The notes beneath the pieces are model-generated. The model made no database searches and was not told the DNA's origin. It saw only the letters and a list, made by a program, of their open reading frames with translations. From assembly GCA_028288505.1 (NCBI GenBank), contig JAQBNN010000224.1, forward strand, positions 7,778-71,777: a stretch of DNA of 64,000 bases, given 5' to 3'. This stretch comes from Segetibacter sp. (lineage in GTDB: Bacteria > Bacteroidota > Bacteroidia > Chitinophagales > Chitinophagaceae). Below are positions 8,937 through 18,181 of the stretch, in pieces; position 1 is the stretch's first letter, and each line of letters begins with the position of its first letter. Both the position numbers and the translations under genes were made by a program.

Positions 8937-10130
8937 CTACCTCTTATTCCTGTTCGGCTTATTACTATCGTTTGATGGTTGTCTTCCCTTCTCGTTTTTT
9001 CCTTTAAAACTTGAGTTAGCTTTTTTTGCTGCAGGCCTTCCTGTTTGTGTTGCACCTTTTACGCCTCTTGTCTTAAAATTTGAAGCCGTCGTTTTTGCTG
9101 CAGGCCTTTCTGTTTTTGCTACAGCTTTCTTAGGAGGTCCTGGCTTTTCACCTTTTGCAGGTCGTCGTTTTTTTAGCGGTGCTTTATGCCCTTCTTTAAA
9201 GCTTTCTCCTTGTTCCTTACCCCTGCCCTTAGGCCTTTTATTATCGCTCCACCACTGATTTCCTACTGTCTTTTTCTTAGGACGGCTTACTTCTTCATAG
9301 TCTTCAATCGGTCCTAATGGTTCTTCCTCAACCTCTATATTTATTGGTTCTTTCTCTGGTTTGTTTTTTACACCGCGGTTTTTAGGAGGAGATTGATCCG
9401 TCTTGCTTGAATCAGTGATCATCTCATTCATCTTTTCAATTTCGGGTGCAGTAAAATAACGCCATTTGCCTACACCTAAATTGCCAAGGGAAATGTTCAT
9501 AATACGCACACGAGTTAAGCTGTGTACTTCGTAACCAAGGTACTCACACATGCGGCGGATTTGCCTGTTAAGTCCTTGCGTAAGCATTATGCGGAAACGC
9601 CTGGCGCCTTCAGCACGTACATAACATTTCTTTGTAACCTCATCAAGAATCGGGATGCCGTTGGACATCTTTCGTACGAATTCCTCATCAACTGGTTTAT
9701 CTACGGTAACTATATATTCTTTTTCATGGTTGTTACTTGCCCTGAGAATTTTATTAACTATGTCGCCATCATTCGTAAGAAAAATTAACCCGTCGGACTC
9801 CTTGTCCAACCGGCCAACAGGAAAAATTCTTTTTGGATAATCAATGTAATTTATAATGTTGCTCTTGTCTTTAGGGTCGGTTGTAGATGTAATGCCAGCA
9901 GGCTTATTAAAGGCAATGTAAACGGCAGCATTTTTCTTTACAGTCGTTATCTTTTCTCCGTCGATAGCGACTACATCTCCAGGCTTTACCCATGCGCCTT
10001 TGCGGGAAGTTTTATTATTGATAGTAACCCTACCTGCTTCAATTAGTTTATCAGCTTCCCGCCGGGAACAAAACCCTGAACCGCTCACCACTTTATTTAA
10101 ACTTACTAATTCTTCGTTCTCAGGATTCAT
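8937..10130 (-). CDS. rluF: 23S rRNA pseudouridine synthase F with long basic C-terminal tail
   Basis: S4 domain (CSRREADKLI), GRLDKESDGL catalytic motif, LNRQIRRMCEYLGY. Confidence 0.9.
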   Translation of the reverse strand: MNPENEELVSLNKVVSGSGFCSRREADKLIEAGRVTINNKTSRKGAWVKPGDVVAIDGEKITTVKKNAAVYIAFNKPAGITSTTDPKDKSNIINYIDYPKRIFPVGRLDKESDGLIFLTNDGDIVNKILRASNNHEKEYIVTVDKPVDEEFVRKMSNGIPILDEVTKKCYVRAEGARRFRIMLTQGLNRQIRRMCEYLGYEVHSLTRVRIMNISLGNLGVGKWRYFTAPEIEKMNEMITDSSKTDQSPPKNRGVKNKPEKEPINIEVEEEPLGPIEDYEEVSRPKKKTVGNQWWSDNKRPKGRGKEQGESFKEGHKAPLKKRRPAKGEKPGPPKKAVAKTERPAAKTTASNFKTRGVKGATQTGRPAAKKANSSFKGKNEKGRQPSNDSNKPNRNKR

Positions 10131-10271
10131 AGATATATACTTTTGATAGGCAAAGATAACCCTGTATGATTAGAAGATCGAAAGCTAGTGGGAACACCGG
10201 ATGTTACACTACAGCCTACAAAGAATATGGTAGGTAATTCAAGCACCAGGGATGCCATGAAAAAACCTAAT

Positions 10272-10328
10272 GTACAAGTGAGTGACACAACGATGAAGCC
10301 ATGAAAAACTACAGTCGGCAACAAAAAT
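10272..10328 (+). repeat. Element copy 6 (subtype B)
   Basis: GTACAAGTGAGTGACACAACGATG...GTCGGCAACAAAAAT. Confidence 0.9.
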
Positions 10329-10340
10329 ATTACTCAATTC

Positions 10341-12182
10341 TTACTCTTTATTCCTCGTGTTGAGTAAACCTACCGGCACTTTTAATTCCCCGGTAGCAAA
10401 ATCGATTATGCCATTGCGCTCCTCTTCAATATTGGTGGCCTGCGTGTACACATCACCGGCAATAGGACGGCTGCGCAGCTCTTGTTTAAATAATTTTATT
10501 TGCTCTGCCCTGGCTTCATCATCCTTTGGTCCACCATATTCCACAAAGCCGAAACCGCCCCACTCACTCACCAATAACGGCACTTGCCTACGATAGAAAA
10601 AGGGATCACCGACAACCAATGGAAACGCAGCTACGCCAACCATTTCGCCATTTACTAATTGGTCGAGCATTTGCTTCCAGCGCTGTAAGTCAGGAGTATA
10701 AAGATGCACCGTTAAAAGATCTGACTTCAGGCGGCCTTCGAACGAAATGTGCTGCCATCCATCGTTATCTACCACCAGGAATTGCGGATGGGCAATTTGC
10801 ATATAGTGGTAAGTATCAATAATGTATTTGCGGGTTTCTTCGTTAGTCGCAATATCCTGCGCACCCCAATCTTCATTATATAAACTCCAGATAACAACGG
10901 ATGGATGGGTTTCTATCAATGCAAGCATGCGATGCAATTCATCGTTATGATTTGCACGACTTTTATGATTAGAGCGGTGTGGACTAGGTACTTCCACCCA
11001 TAGCAGCAATCCAATTTTATCGGCAAGGTTATAAATGCGTGGATCAACACCAGCAATGTGAATGCGAACAAGGTTACAGCCTAACGCCTTCATCGCAATC
11101 ATGTGTCGCTTGATCTCTTCATAAGTTGCATTTCCCGGCTGGTATAATATTCCGTCGAGATAAACCGGTTTATTGTTTAGGTAAACACAACATCCCCTTG
11201 ATTCAATTTTGCGAAGGCCGAAGTAGGTTTCAATGTCAGCAACATAACCGTTTGCATCTATTAATTGTGCAACGAGGCGGTAAAGGTTTGGCTCTTCAGG
11301 GGTCCATAACTCTGCACCAGGAATTTCCATTACAAGACGCTGCCGCTTCTGCCCTGCCTCAAGGGTCAAGGGAAAATCGGACGTGGCGAGAGGTGCATCC
11401 TCCTTCTGTTTTCTTTTATACACATTAAGCCGAATAGTGTATGCGCCCGGGTCGTGAATGCGGGTGGTAAGGTTAAAACGAACAAGGTTATCCTCAACAA
11501 TTGAAACAACACCAACACGAGAACGAAGCCTGTTTCGATCAACCTGTTCAAGCCAAATGCTTCTTACGGCACCAGTATATGTTTGGTACCAAATACCACC
11601 TCGTTTATAAACGTGAGATTCCTGCTTGCCCCTGGGGATGTCAGCATCCATTGTATCAGAAATTCTAACGGTGAGGCGGTTGACAGGTTTTAAAAGATCT
11701 TGCGGCAGTTCAAAAGAAAAAGACGTGTACTCACCTACATGCACCGCCTCTCCTTCCACTGTCTGAAGAGGTAAACCATTAATCCAAACCCGAGTTTCGT
11801 ATCCGCACGCACCAAACGTTAGCTGCACCATAGCGTGTGGCGTTCCGTTCCCGTTTACTAATTCCGGCATTGGAAAATCCCTTTCATACCAAGCTACTAC
11901 TTTATCTGTCCAGGCATTGCCCGGCTCCTGTCCTTTTGCAGCTATTAGGTGATCTTCGATTGAACCAGGCCAGTTAGCAGTGTATTGATATTCATGTCCC
12001 AACTGCCAGCTTTCCTGTAGGCCTTTATCATCCGGATCCAGAGAGAAACGCCATTCTCCATCGAGCAATACAGGTGCGTGTGGACGAACTACTGCACGGG
12101 GTAAAGGGTTGGTAAACGGTTCATCATCAAATGCTTCTTCCTTACTTTTCGACGTGCTGTAATTGGGGTGATCTAGTACCAT
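10341..12182 (-). CDS. Glycoside hydrolase family 2 (no signal peptide)
   Basis: LDGEWRF, HVGEYTSF, FGLRKIE, VVIWSLYNEDWG (acid/base Asn-Glu), VSEWGG (nucleophile). Confidence 0.85.
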   Translation of the reverse strand: MVLDHPNYSTSKSKEEAFDDEPFTNPLPRAVVRPHAPVLLDGEWRFSLDPDDKGLQESWQLGHEYQYTANWPGSIEDHLIAAKGQEPGNAWTDKVVAWYERDFPMPELVNGNGTPHAMVQLTFGACGYETRVWINGLPLQTVEGEAVHVGEYTSFSFELPQDLLKPVNRLTVRISDTMDADIPRGKQESHVYKRGGIWYQTYTGAVRSIWLEQVDRNRLRSRVGVVSIVEDNLVRFNLTTRIHDPGAYTIRLNVYKRKQKEDAPLATSDFPLTLEAGQKRQRLVMEIPGAELWTPEEPNLYRLVAQLIDANGYVADIETYFGLRKIESRGCCVYLNNKPVYLDGILYQPGNATYEEIKRHMIAMKALGCNLVRIHIAGVDPRIYNLADKIGLLLWVEVPSPHRSNHKSRANHNDELHRMLALIETHPSVVIWSLYNEDWGAQDIATNEETRKYIIDTYHYMQIAHPQFLVVDNDGWQHISFEGRLKSDLLTVHLYTPDLQRWKQMLDQLVNGEMVGVAAFPLVVGDPFFYRRQVPLLVSEWGGFGFVEYGGPKDDEARAEQIKLFKQELRSRPIAGDVYTQATNIEEERNGIIDFATGELKVPVGLLNTRNKE

Positions 12183-12228
12183 ACTTTAATCGTTATACTT
12201 TTTGAAACGTTGATTCTTAAGGAAAGTT

Positions 12229-12284
12229 ATTTTTGTACCCGCATTTGTATTTTTATTAAGCATCGTTGTGTCACTCACTTATAC
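12229..12284 (-). repeat. Element copy 7 (B)
   Basis: Reverse complement reads GTATAAGTGAGTGACACAACGATGCTTAATAAAAATACAAATGCGGGTACAAAAAT. Confidence 0.9.
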
Positions 12285-12570
12285 AGTTGTTCGCTACGCA
12301 CCGCACCTGCTTACACATTAGCAAAACTAATTTGAAACTACTTTGTAACAAGGTGCAGTTCAAACCTGTAAAGATTAAGACCATAAGTGCTTTGACAAAG
12401 GGGGTGATTGCAATATTGATTCCAACTTTACAGAACACTTTTATAACGAATTAGTTAATTCTGCATTTGCAGTGATGAAGAAACTCTGGGTGACTAATAG
12501 TATTGGAAGGCCTGTTATGCAATTATACCTTGCACCCCATGTGCCAGGTGACTGAATAGAATCACCATCT

Positions 12571-12627
12571 GTACAAGAGTGCGACGCAACGATGCTGCTC
12601 CCTAGATTACAGTTTGGCCCAGAAATA
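12571..12627 (+). repeat. Element copy 8 (A)
   Basis: GTACAAGAGTGCGACGCAACGATG...TTTGGCCCAGAAAT. Confidence 0.9.
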
Positions 12628-12633
12628 CCTTCC

Positions 12634-13686
12634 TTATTGACTTGCCTTTTCAACTGCTTCAGTTTCCTCCTTTGCACTTGCTTTAGGGGTAGGTTGATTA
12701 ACTTTTAATTGCGGGGTAAACTGAAAATGGATAAACATTGGGAAATGGTCAGAACCGTTGTAAGGCATTTTTTTCATTGATATGAGCCCAAAATGGTTTG
12801 AGCAAAAAACATAGTCGAGCGGAAAGCGCATAAGCCAGTTTTTAGCGGAAAATGTACTGTAAAAGCCCCTGCCAATACGCGGATCGAGCAGTTCACTGGT
12901 TTTACGAAATAGAATGGTTACATGGCTCCATGCCACATCATTAAGATCGCCCATAACAATTACAGGCAAATCGCATTGCTTTGCTTTTAAGGCCACCTTC
13001 ATCAACTCCTTGTCTTTTGCTGTGGAATGGCTGTCCTCTCCCGGTACAGGAGGCTTAGGGTGAAGGCCCCATATCTTAACTTTTTGCCCACTTGGCAATG
13101 CTATCACAGCTTCAACAGAGGGTACGTCGTTCTCTACCAAAAAATTTACACTTCCTTCAATAATTTTATAACGGCTGTAGAATAGAAGACCATATGTATT
13201 TTCAAGCGGCTTTTTTAAATAGTAAGGATACTTATTAACCAACTGGTCCATCTCCTTTTCCCATTTTTTATTGGTTTCCAAAAGTAATATTACACCTGGG
13301 TCTGTTTCTTCAATTTGTTTTAGCATTTTTGAAAATTCGTTGTTATCCTGTAAAACGTTGGCGCTAAATAATTTTACCTGGTTCGATTTGTCGGTGCTCT
13401 CAACACGCCTCATTTCTTTGGCTGATACCAACGTATAAGGCCAAACCTTAACAGTTAAATAAATAACAGCAAGGCCAAGCAAGCAGGCTGTAACAAGGTG
13501 GAAGTTGTTTGTATGGTTGATTACAGTAACTAATGCTACCATTACAATACAACAGGCTACTAACTTTTGGTAACGTGGATATTCAAGAATGCGAAATATC
13601 CAATAGTCGTTTCTAACAAAAGGCAGACAAACAGCAATTATAAGTATCCAACTAAGAATTAATAATGCGGTGGTTAAAATAGTCAT
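12634..13686 (-). CDS. Membrane-anchored endonuclease/exonuclease/phosphatase (EEP) family protein
   Basis: Three N-terminal TM segments; SANV, MGDLND, LDYVF, GSDHFP motifs. Confidence 0.85.
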   Translation of the reverse strand: MTILTTALLILSWILIIAVCLPFVRNDYWIFRILEYPRYQKLVACCIVMVALVTVINHTNNFHLVTACLLGLAVIYLTVKVWPYTLVSAKEMRRVESTDKSNQVKLFSANVLQDNNEFSKMLKQIEETDPGVILLLETNKKWEKEMDQLVNKYPYYLKKPLENTYGLLFYSRYKIIEGSVNFLVENDVPSVEAVIALPSGQKVKIWGLHPKPPVPGEDSHSTAKDKELMKVALKAKQCDLPVIVMGDLNDVAWSHVTILFRKTSELLDPRIGRGFYSTFSAKNWLMRFPLDYVFCSNHFGLISMKKMPYNGSDHFPMFIHFQFTPQLKVNQPTPKASAKEETEAVEKASQ

Positions 13687-13987
13687 TTAAAATTGAAGAA
13701 TTAAATCAACAGATGTTTACATGGACATTGAAAGCGTGATCGAATATAGTAATCTTATTTTTTACAAAACATGCTTGCATAATGAGGAGACCCTTGCAAA
13801 ACACTTTTCATTTTTTGCTGATCTTTTTTACTGGTTATTAAGCACAAAGCTTTTAAAAATCAGGTCATATCTTGCAGGCCCTCCACAAGATTAGGCCCTG
13901 TATAATTTTTAATCTTACTGGCCCTCAAGTCAGGCCTCATTTTGGATTAGGAGAACTTATACAATAGTTAAAAAAAAGACTAATACA

Positions 13988-14545
13988 ATGGTGTTACTAG
14001 AACAGTTTGAACCGAAGGATTATGACCAGTTAATTGAATGGATTTCCGATGAAAAATTATTGACGAACTGGTCGGGCTCTTTGTTTAGTTACCCCCTATC
14101 GAGGGAAAGTTTAGATTGGTATCTTAAAGACACGAACGACCTGCAAAATTCAGATGCCCTTGTTTATAAGGCGGTTGATTCAAAAACCGGAACAGTTGTA
14201 GGCCATATTTCTTTGGGAAGTATCAGCAGAAAAAATAAGTCAGCAAGAATTAGCCGAGTACTGGTAGGTAGTAGTTGCGAACGAGGTAAGGGCACCTGCC
14301 AGGGAATGATAAAAGCTTTACTCAAAATAGGGTTTGAAGAGCTCGCATTGCACAGAATCAGCCTTGGGGTTTACTCCGATAACAAAGCGGCAATTCGCTG
14401 TTATGAAAAATGTGGTTTTGTTACTGAAGGCATTTCGCGTGATATTCTAAAAGTAGAAGATACATATTGGAGCATGTACGAAATGAGTATTTTGGAAACT
14501 GAATGGCAACTGTTGCAGGCTAAAGAACGGGTTCAAACGGCTTAG
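13988..14545 (+). CDS. GNAT (RimJ/RimL-like) acetyltransferase
   Basis: RGKG motif, LHRISLGV, NKAAIRCYEKCGF..EG. Confidence 0.85.
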   Translation: MVLLEQFEPKDYDQLIEWISDEKLLTNWSGSLFSYPLSRESLDWYLKDTNDLQNSDALVYKAVDSKTGTVVGHISLGSISRKNKSARISRVLVGSSCERGKGTCQGMIKALLKIGFEELALHRISLGVYSDNKAAIRCYEKCGFVTEGISRDILKVEDTYWSMYEMSILETEWQLLQAKERVQTA

Positions 14546-14802
14546 CTACACCTATTATAAATGCGGGAAACACTAAGCTTATAGAAGTAAAGCAGCTTTC
14601 ATATGCTGGCTAGCAGGGTAAGGTGCCTGTTTATTTACTTTCTAAACACTAAAAAAGTAAGAGGGCTGCAAAAAAGAACTTTCGCCTCCGGCAAATGAAA
14701 CCCAATAATCACCAAACTATCTCAATTAAACTCTTCTCTTACTTACTATTGCAATCAGCCTTTAGTGGTACAGTTTTAGGGTGAGATACTAAAAATTTTT
14801 TA

Positions 14803-15354
14803 ATGCTCTTCTTTATTGGCATTGTACCGCCTGAAAAAATCTATAGAGATATCCTTCACATTCAGCAGCAGTTTGGCGATAACAAAACAGAGCCACATAT
14901 AACAGTAAAGCCGCCTGTAGCGCTTACACAGCAGCACGAATGGCTACAGAGCGTTGAGATTGTAACAGCGGCCTTTCCACCTTTCGTTATAGAGCTTACA
15001 AAAACGGGCATGTTCGGCTCGAGGGTCTTGTTTATCGACCTGCAATCGCCTACAATAAATGAACTGTATAAGCAAATACAAACCGCCACAAAACCTTTTG
15101 AAAAGAACCACGCAAGCCTCCATAATACTTACAACCCTCATCTAACATTAGGAAGAAAATGGTGTGGTTTTACCAGCAGCGACTTTGTGCAAATGAAGCA
15201 GCTTGCACACGAACTCCTATCACACGGCCCACTTTCTTTCCCGGTGCTTTCATTACGCATTTATTATAAGCCCCAAAGCAATAATAAATATGTGCGGTTT
15301 AAAGATGTGAACTTTATGGGTAAAACTCGCAAAGATCACGAGCAGTGGATATAA
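14803..15354 (+). CDS. 2H phosphoesterase (2'-5' RNA ligase family)
   Basis: Two HxT motifs: PHITV and PHLTL. Confidence 0.85.
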   Translation: MLFFIGIVPPEKIYRDILHIQQQFGDNKTEPHITVKPPVALTQQHEWLQSVEIVTAAFPPFVIELTKTGMFGSRVLFIDLQSPTINELYKQIQTATKPFEKNHASLHNTYNPHLTLGRKWCGFTSSDFVQMKQLAHELLSHGPLSFPVLSLRIYYKPQSNNKYVRFKDVNFMGKTRKDHEQWI

Positions 15355-15407
15355 AATAATTTAGGCTAAGCCCATACAAACAAGCAAGCTATTATAAGGC
15401 TGTATTT

Positions 15408-15463
15408 CTTTTTGTGTGGGGCATTTGTTTTCAATTTAGCATCGTTGTGTCACTCACTTGTAC
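15408..15463 (-). repeat. Element copy 9 (B)
   Basis: Reverse complement reads GTACAAGTGAGTGACACAACGATGCTAAATTGAAAACAAATGCCCCACACAAAAAG. Confidence 0.9.
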
Positions 15464-15563
15464 ATTTCGATCTATTGGCAGCAATAAAACTTGTAAGCAT
15501 TAAAAGCTTTAGCCATCATCGGAAAACCAAATCTGCGCATTGCTGTTGCTGGGAGTAACAAAA

Positions 15564-15620
15564 GTACAAGAGTGCGACGCAACGATGATTAATAGTAGCA
15601 CATAGGCCTGCTACATAAAT
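15564..15620 (+). repeat. Element copy 10 (A)
   Basis: GTACAAGAGTGCGACGCAACGATGATTAATAGTAGC...GCCTGCTACATAAAT. Confidence 0.9.
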
Positions 15621-15662
15621 CTGCTTGAAATAACGGCTACCTTAGAAGAAGAACAGCAGTCT

Positions 15663-16757
15663 TTATTTGCGCCACTCAAAATTGAAAGTACTTCCAACCC
15701 CAGGATTAGATTCGGCCCAAATTTTTCCGCCTTGCTCTTCAACCAACATTTTTAAAATATTTAATCCTACACCTGTACTGCTATCTGTTGAAGATGAATT
15801 GCCTGCGATCTCAAAAAGTTGGAAGATTTTCTCGTTATCATCTTTGTTAATACCGGGTCCATTATCTTTTACAAAAAACTGGTAGAAATCGGGTTTATCA
15901 ATTACGCCAATCTCTATTGTAGCTTCAGCTTTATCATTGTACTTTATAGCATTGCTAATTAAGTTTTGAAACACCTGGTGTAACTTCTGTTTTCGGGTTG
16001 TAATAACAGGAAGGTCGTCTTGTATATGGAAGCGAATGTGTTTAGACGGAAACAGCAGGAAAATTATCTGGCTTATAAGTTCCTTTGTGTCGACCTCTTC
16101 AACTGTTTGCTCGGCATAACTTTGCTTACTGTATTCTAAGATAGAACTTATCATATCGCTTAAGTGGTTTGCCGCGATATAAATCATATCAACATTTTCA
16201 TTAAGGTAGTCATCAGCTTCTATTGCCTGATGCCTGCGTATTATTGAAAGCATGGTTACTATGGAAGCAAGCGGAGATTTAAGGTCATGCGAAACCATGT
16301 GTGTAAACCTTTCAAGCTGCTTATTTACGCGATCAATCTCTTCGAAAGAATGCTTAAGTTGTTGCTGCGAGAAGTATAATTTTTCGAAAACATTTACTTT
16401 AGCACGTGTAACATTTACATCAAGTGGCTTCTGCAAATAATCCACAGCACCTTCTTCAAAACCTTTTAAAACATACTGCTCTTCTTTATTAATAGCGGTT
16501 ACAAAAATGATAGATATATCTTTGGTTTTAGAGTTGCTTTTTAAAAACCGTGCTACTTCAAAGCCGTCCATTTCTGGCATTTGAACATCAAGCATTATTA
16601 AACCAATACTCTCGTTTTTTAAAGCAATTCTAAGGGCTTCATTACCTGATGCGGCATGTATAAAATGCCTGTATTCTTGTTCTAATATACTCTGCAGCGA
16701 AAACAAATTTTCAGGCCGATCGTCAACTAATAATATGTTGAATTCTTTTTTTATCAT
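15663..16757 (-). CDS. Receiver-histidine kinase hybrid (REC-HisKA-HATPase)
   Basis: ILLVDD...MLDVQMP receiver, SHDLKSPL H-box, NLISNAIKY, DNGPGI, GVGL; ATG at 16757 preferred. Confidence 0.9.
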   Translation of the reverse strand: MIKKEFNILLVDDRPENLFSLQSILEQEYRHFIHAASGNEALRIALKNESIGLIMLDVQMPEMDGFEVARFLKSNSKTKDISIIFVTAINKEEQYVLKGFEEGAVDYLQKPLDVNVTRAKVNVFEKLYFSQQQLKHSFEEIDRVNKQLERFTHMVSHDLKSPLASIVTMLSIIRRHQAIEADDYLNENVDMIYIAANHLSDMISSILEYSKQSYAEQTVEEVDTKELISQIIFLLFPSKHIRFHIQDDLPVITTRKQKLHQVFQNLISNAIKYNDKAEATIEIGVIDKPDFYQFFVKDNGPGINKDDNEKIFQLFEIAGNSSSTDSSTGVGLNILKMLVEEQGGKIWAESNPGVGSTFNFEWRK

Positions 16758-16773
16758 AGGAGATTGTGTAGGG

Positions 16774-17346
16774 TTACTGTTGTAAATCGGCAACAAATTT
16801 TGCTATCTCTATTGGTTTAAAAACAAGACTGCTTTTATTAGCAGCGATAGCGGCCATGGGCATTGCAGGATATGCTGCTGAAGTTGGATCTTGTACAATA
16901 GCCGTTCCCTTGTTTTCAATAATGGAGTGTAGGCCTTCAGTACCATCACTATTAGCGCCACTTAACAAAATGGCGCAAGCATTTTCTCCAAATACTCTTG
17001 CCACACTTTCAAAACTTACATCTATAGAAGGCCGGCTGTATTTTATTGCTTCCGAATAATCAAGCGAAAAAGTATGATCGTCCTCAATTAACAAATGATA
17101 GTTCTGAGGGGCAAGGTAAATACAGCCTGTTTTAATAGGTTCTTTATCATCGGGTTCAACTATAGGTTTGCGTTCATTAGCAATTGATAATACTGTGGCC
17201 ATTTCGCTAGACACATTTCGCTGACGATGAATTACAATTACAACAGTATGAGGGAATTTATCAGGGATAGCTTTCATTATCTCCAGTATAACGGGAACAC
17301 TTCCTGCCGACCCCCCTATCACTATCATTTTTGGCTGTACTCTCAT
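16774..17346 (-). CDS. cheB: Stand-alone CheB-type methylesterase (no receiver domain)
   Basis: GGSAGS, VIH, SRPSIDVSF, LSGANSDG (Ser-His-Asp triad). Confidence 0.85.
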   Translation of the reverse strand: MRVQPKMIVIGGSAGSVPVILEIMKAIPDKFPHTVVIVIHRQRNVSSEMATVLSIANERKPIVEPDDKEPIKTGCIYLAPQNYHLLIEDDHTFSLDYSEAIKYSRPSIDVSFESVARVFGENACAILLSGANSDGTEGLHSIIENKGTAIVQDPTSAAYPAMPMAAIAANKSSLVFKPIEIAKFVADLQQ

Positions 17347-17349
17347 AAC

Positions 17350-18180
17350 TTAAATAGAGCGTCTGAAAATCTTTTGATTTCTATTGATTACTTCAAACTT
17401 TGGTCTCATTTCGGAGAAAAGCAGGCTTTCTTTTACACCCAGCGCAAGGTATCCGAAAGACGAGAGGCTTTCATGGAATAATTTTATAACTCGGTTTTGC
17501 AGTTGGTGATTAAAATAAATCATCACATTCCTGCAGCAGATAAGTTGAAACTCGTTGAAGACTTCATCAGTAACAAGGTTATGCTGAGAAAAGAGAATGT
17601 TTTTTCTTAAGTCTAATGATATAATCGCGTTATCATACTTTGCGGTATAGTAATTAGCAAAATCATTTGTACCACCCATTTTAAAGTAATTTATTGTATA
17701 TTCCTTCATTACATCTAATGGGATAATAGCATGCTTTGCTTTTTCGAGGTTTAGTGGATTTATATCGGTAGCATATATTCTTGTTCTTTCCAATAAATTT
17801 GCCTCGTGCAACAGTATGCACATCGAAAAAACTTCTTCACCGGTAGAACATCCTGCGTGCCAGATTTTTATGATAGGATAAGAAGCAAGCATCGGTAGTA
17901 CCTGCTCTTTCATGGCCTTATAAAAGTCAGGATCCCTAAACATCTCCGTTACGTTAACTGTTATACGCTGAAGAAAGTAATTGAAAACCTCCGTACTATT
18001 TATTATTTGGTATTTCAGATCTCTAGCTGTACTGCAATTAATATCTTCCATATACTTAACAACCCTTCTGTGCATTGAGGCACGGGCATAAGCACTAAAG
18101 TCATAACCGTAAGTATCAAAAATAGAACACAGGATATCCTCTAGTTCATCATTAGTTATATCAGGAATTTGTTTGGCCAT
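17350..18180 (-). CDS. cheR: CheR-type methyltransferase
   Basis: NVTEMFRDP, IWHAGCSTGEE, ATDIN, LICCRNVMIYF. Confidence 0.9.
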   Translation of the reverse strand: MAKQIPDITNDELEDILCSIFDTYGYDFSAYARASMHRRVVKYMEDINCSTARDLKYQIINSTEVFNYFLQRITVNVTEMFRDPDFYKAMKEQVLPMLASYPIIKIWHAGCSTGEEVFSMCILLHEANLLERTRIYATDINPLNLEKAKHAIIPLDVMKEYTINYFKMGGTNDFANYYTAKYDNAIISLDLRKNILFSQHNLVTDEVFNEFQLICCRNVMIYFNHQLQNRVIKLFHESLSSFGYLALGVKESLLFSEMRPKFEVINRNQKIFRRSI

Positions 18181-18181
18181 A

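Noticed and set aside
10272-10295. B core GTGACAC as a matS-like site, or the elements as Chi/KOPS-type polar motifs
   Set aside because: Only a half-match to GTGACRNYGTCAC. The orientation alternates rather than following one replichore.
16774-18180. cheR/cheB as evidence of flagellar chemotaxis
   Set aside because: There are no MCP, CheA, CheW, CheY or flagellar genes in the window, and the context is a two-component kinase operon.
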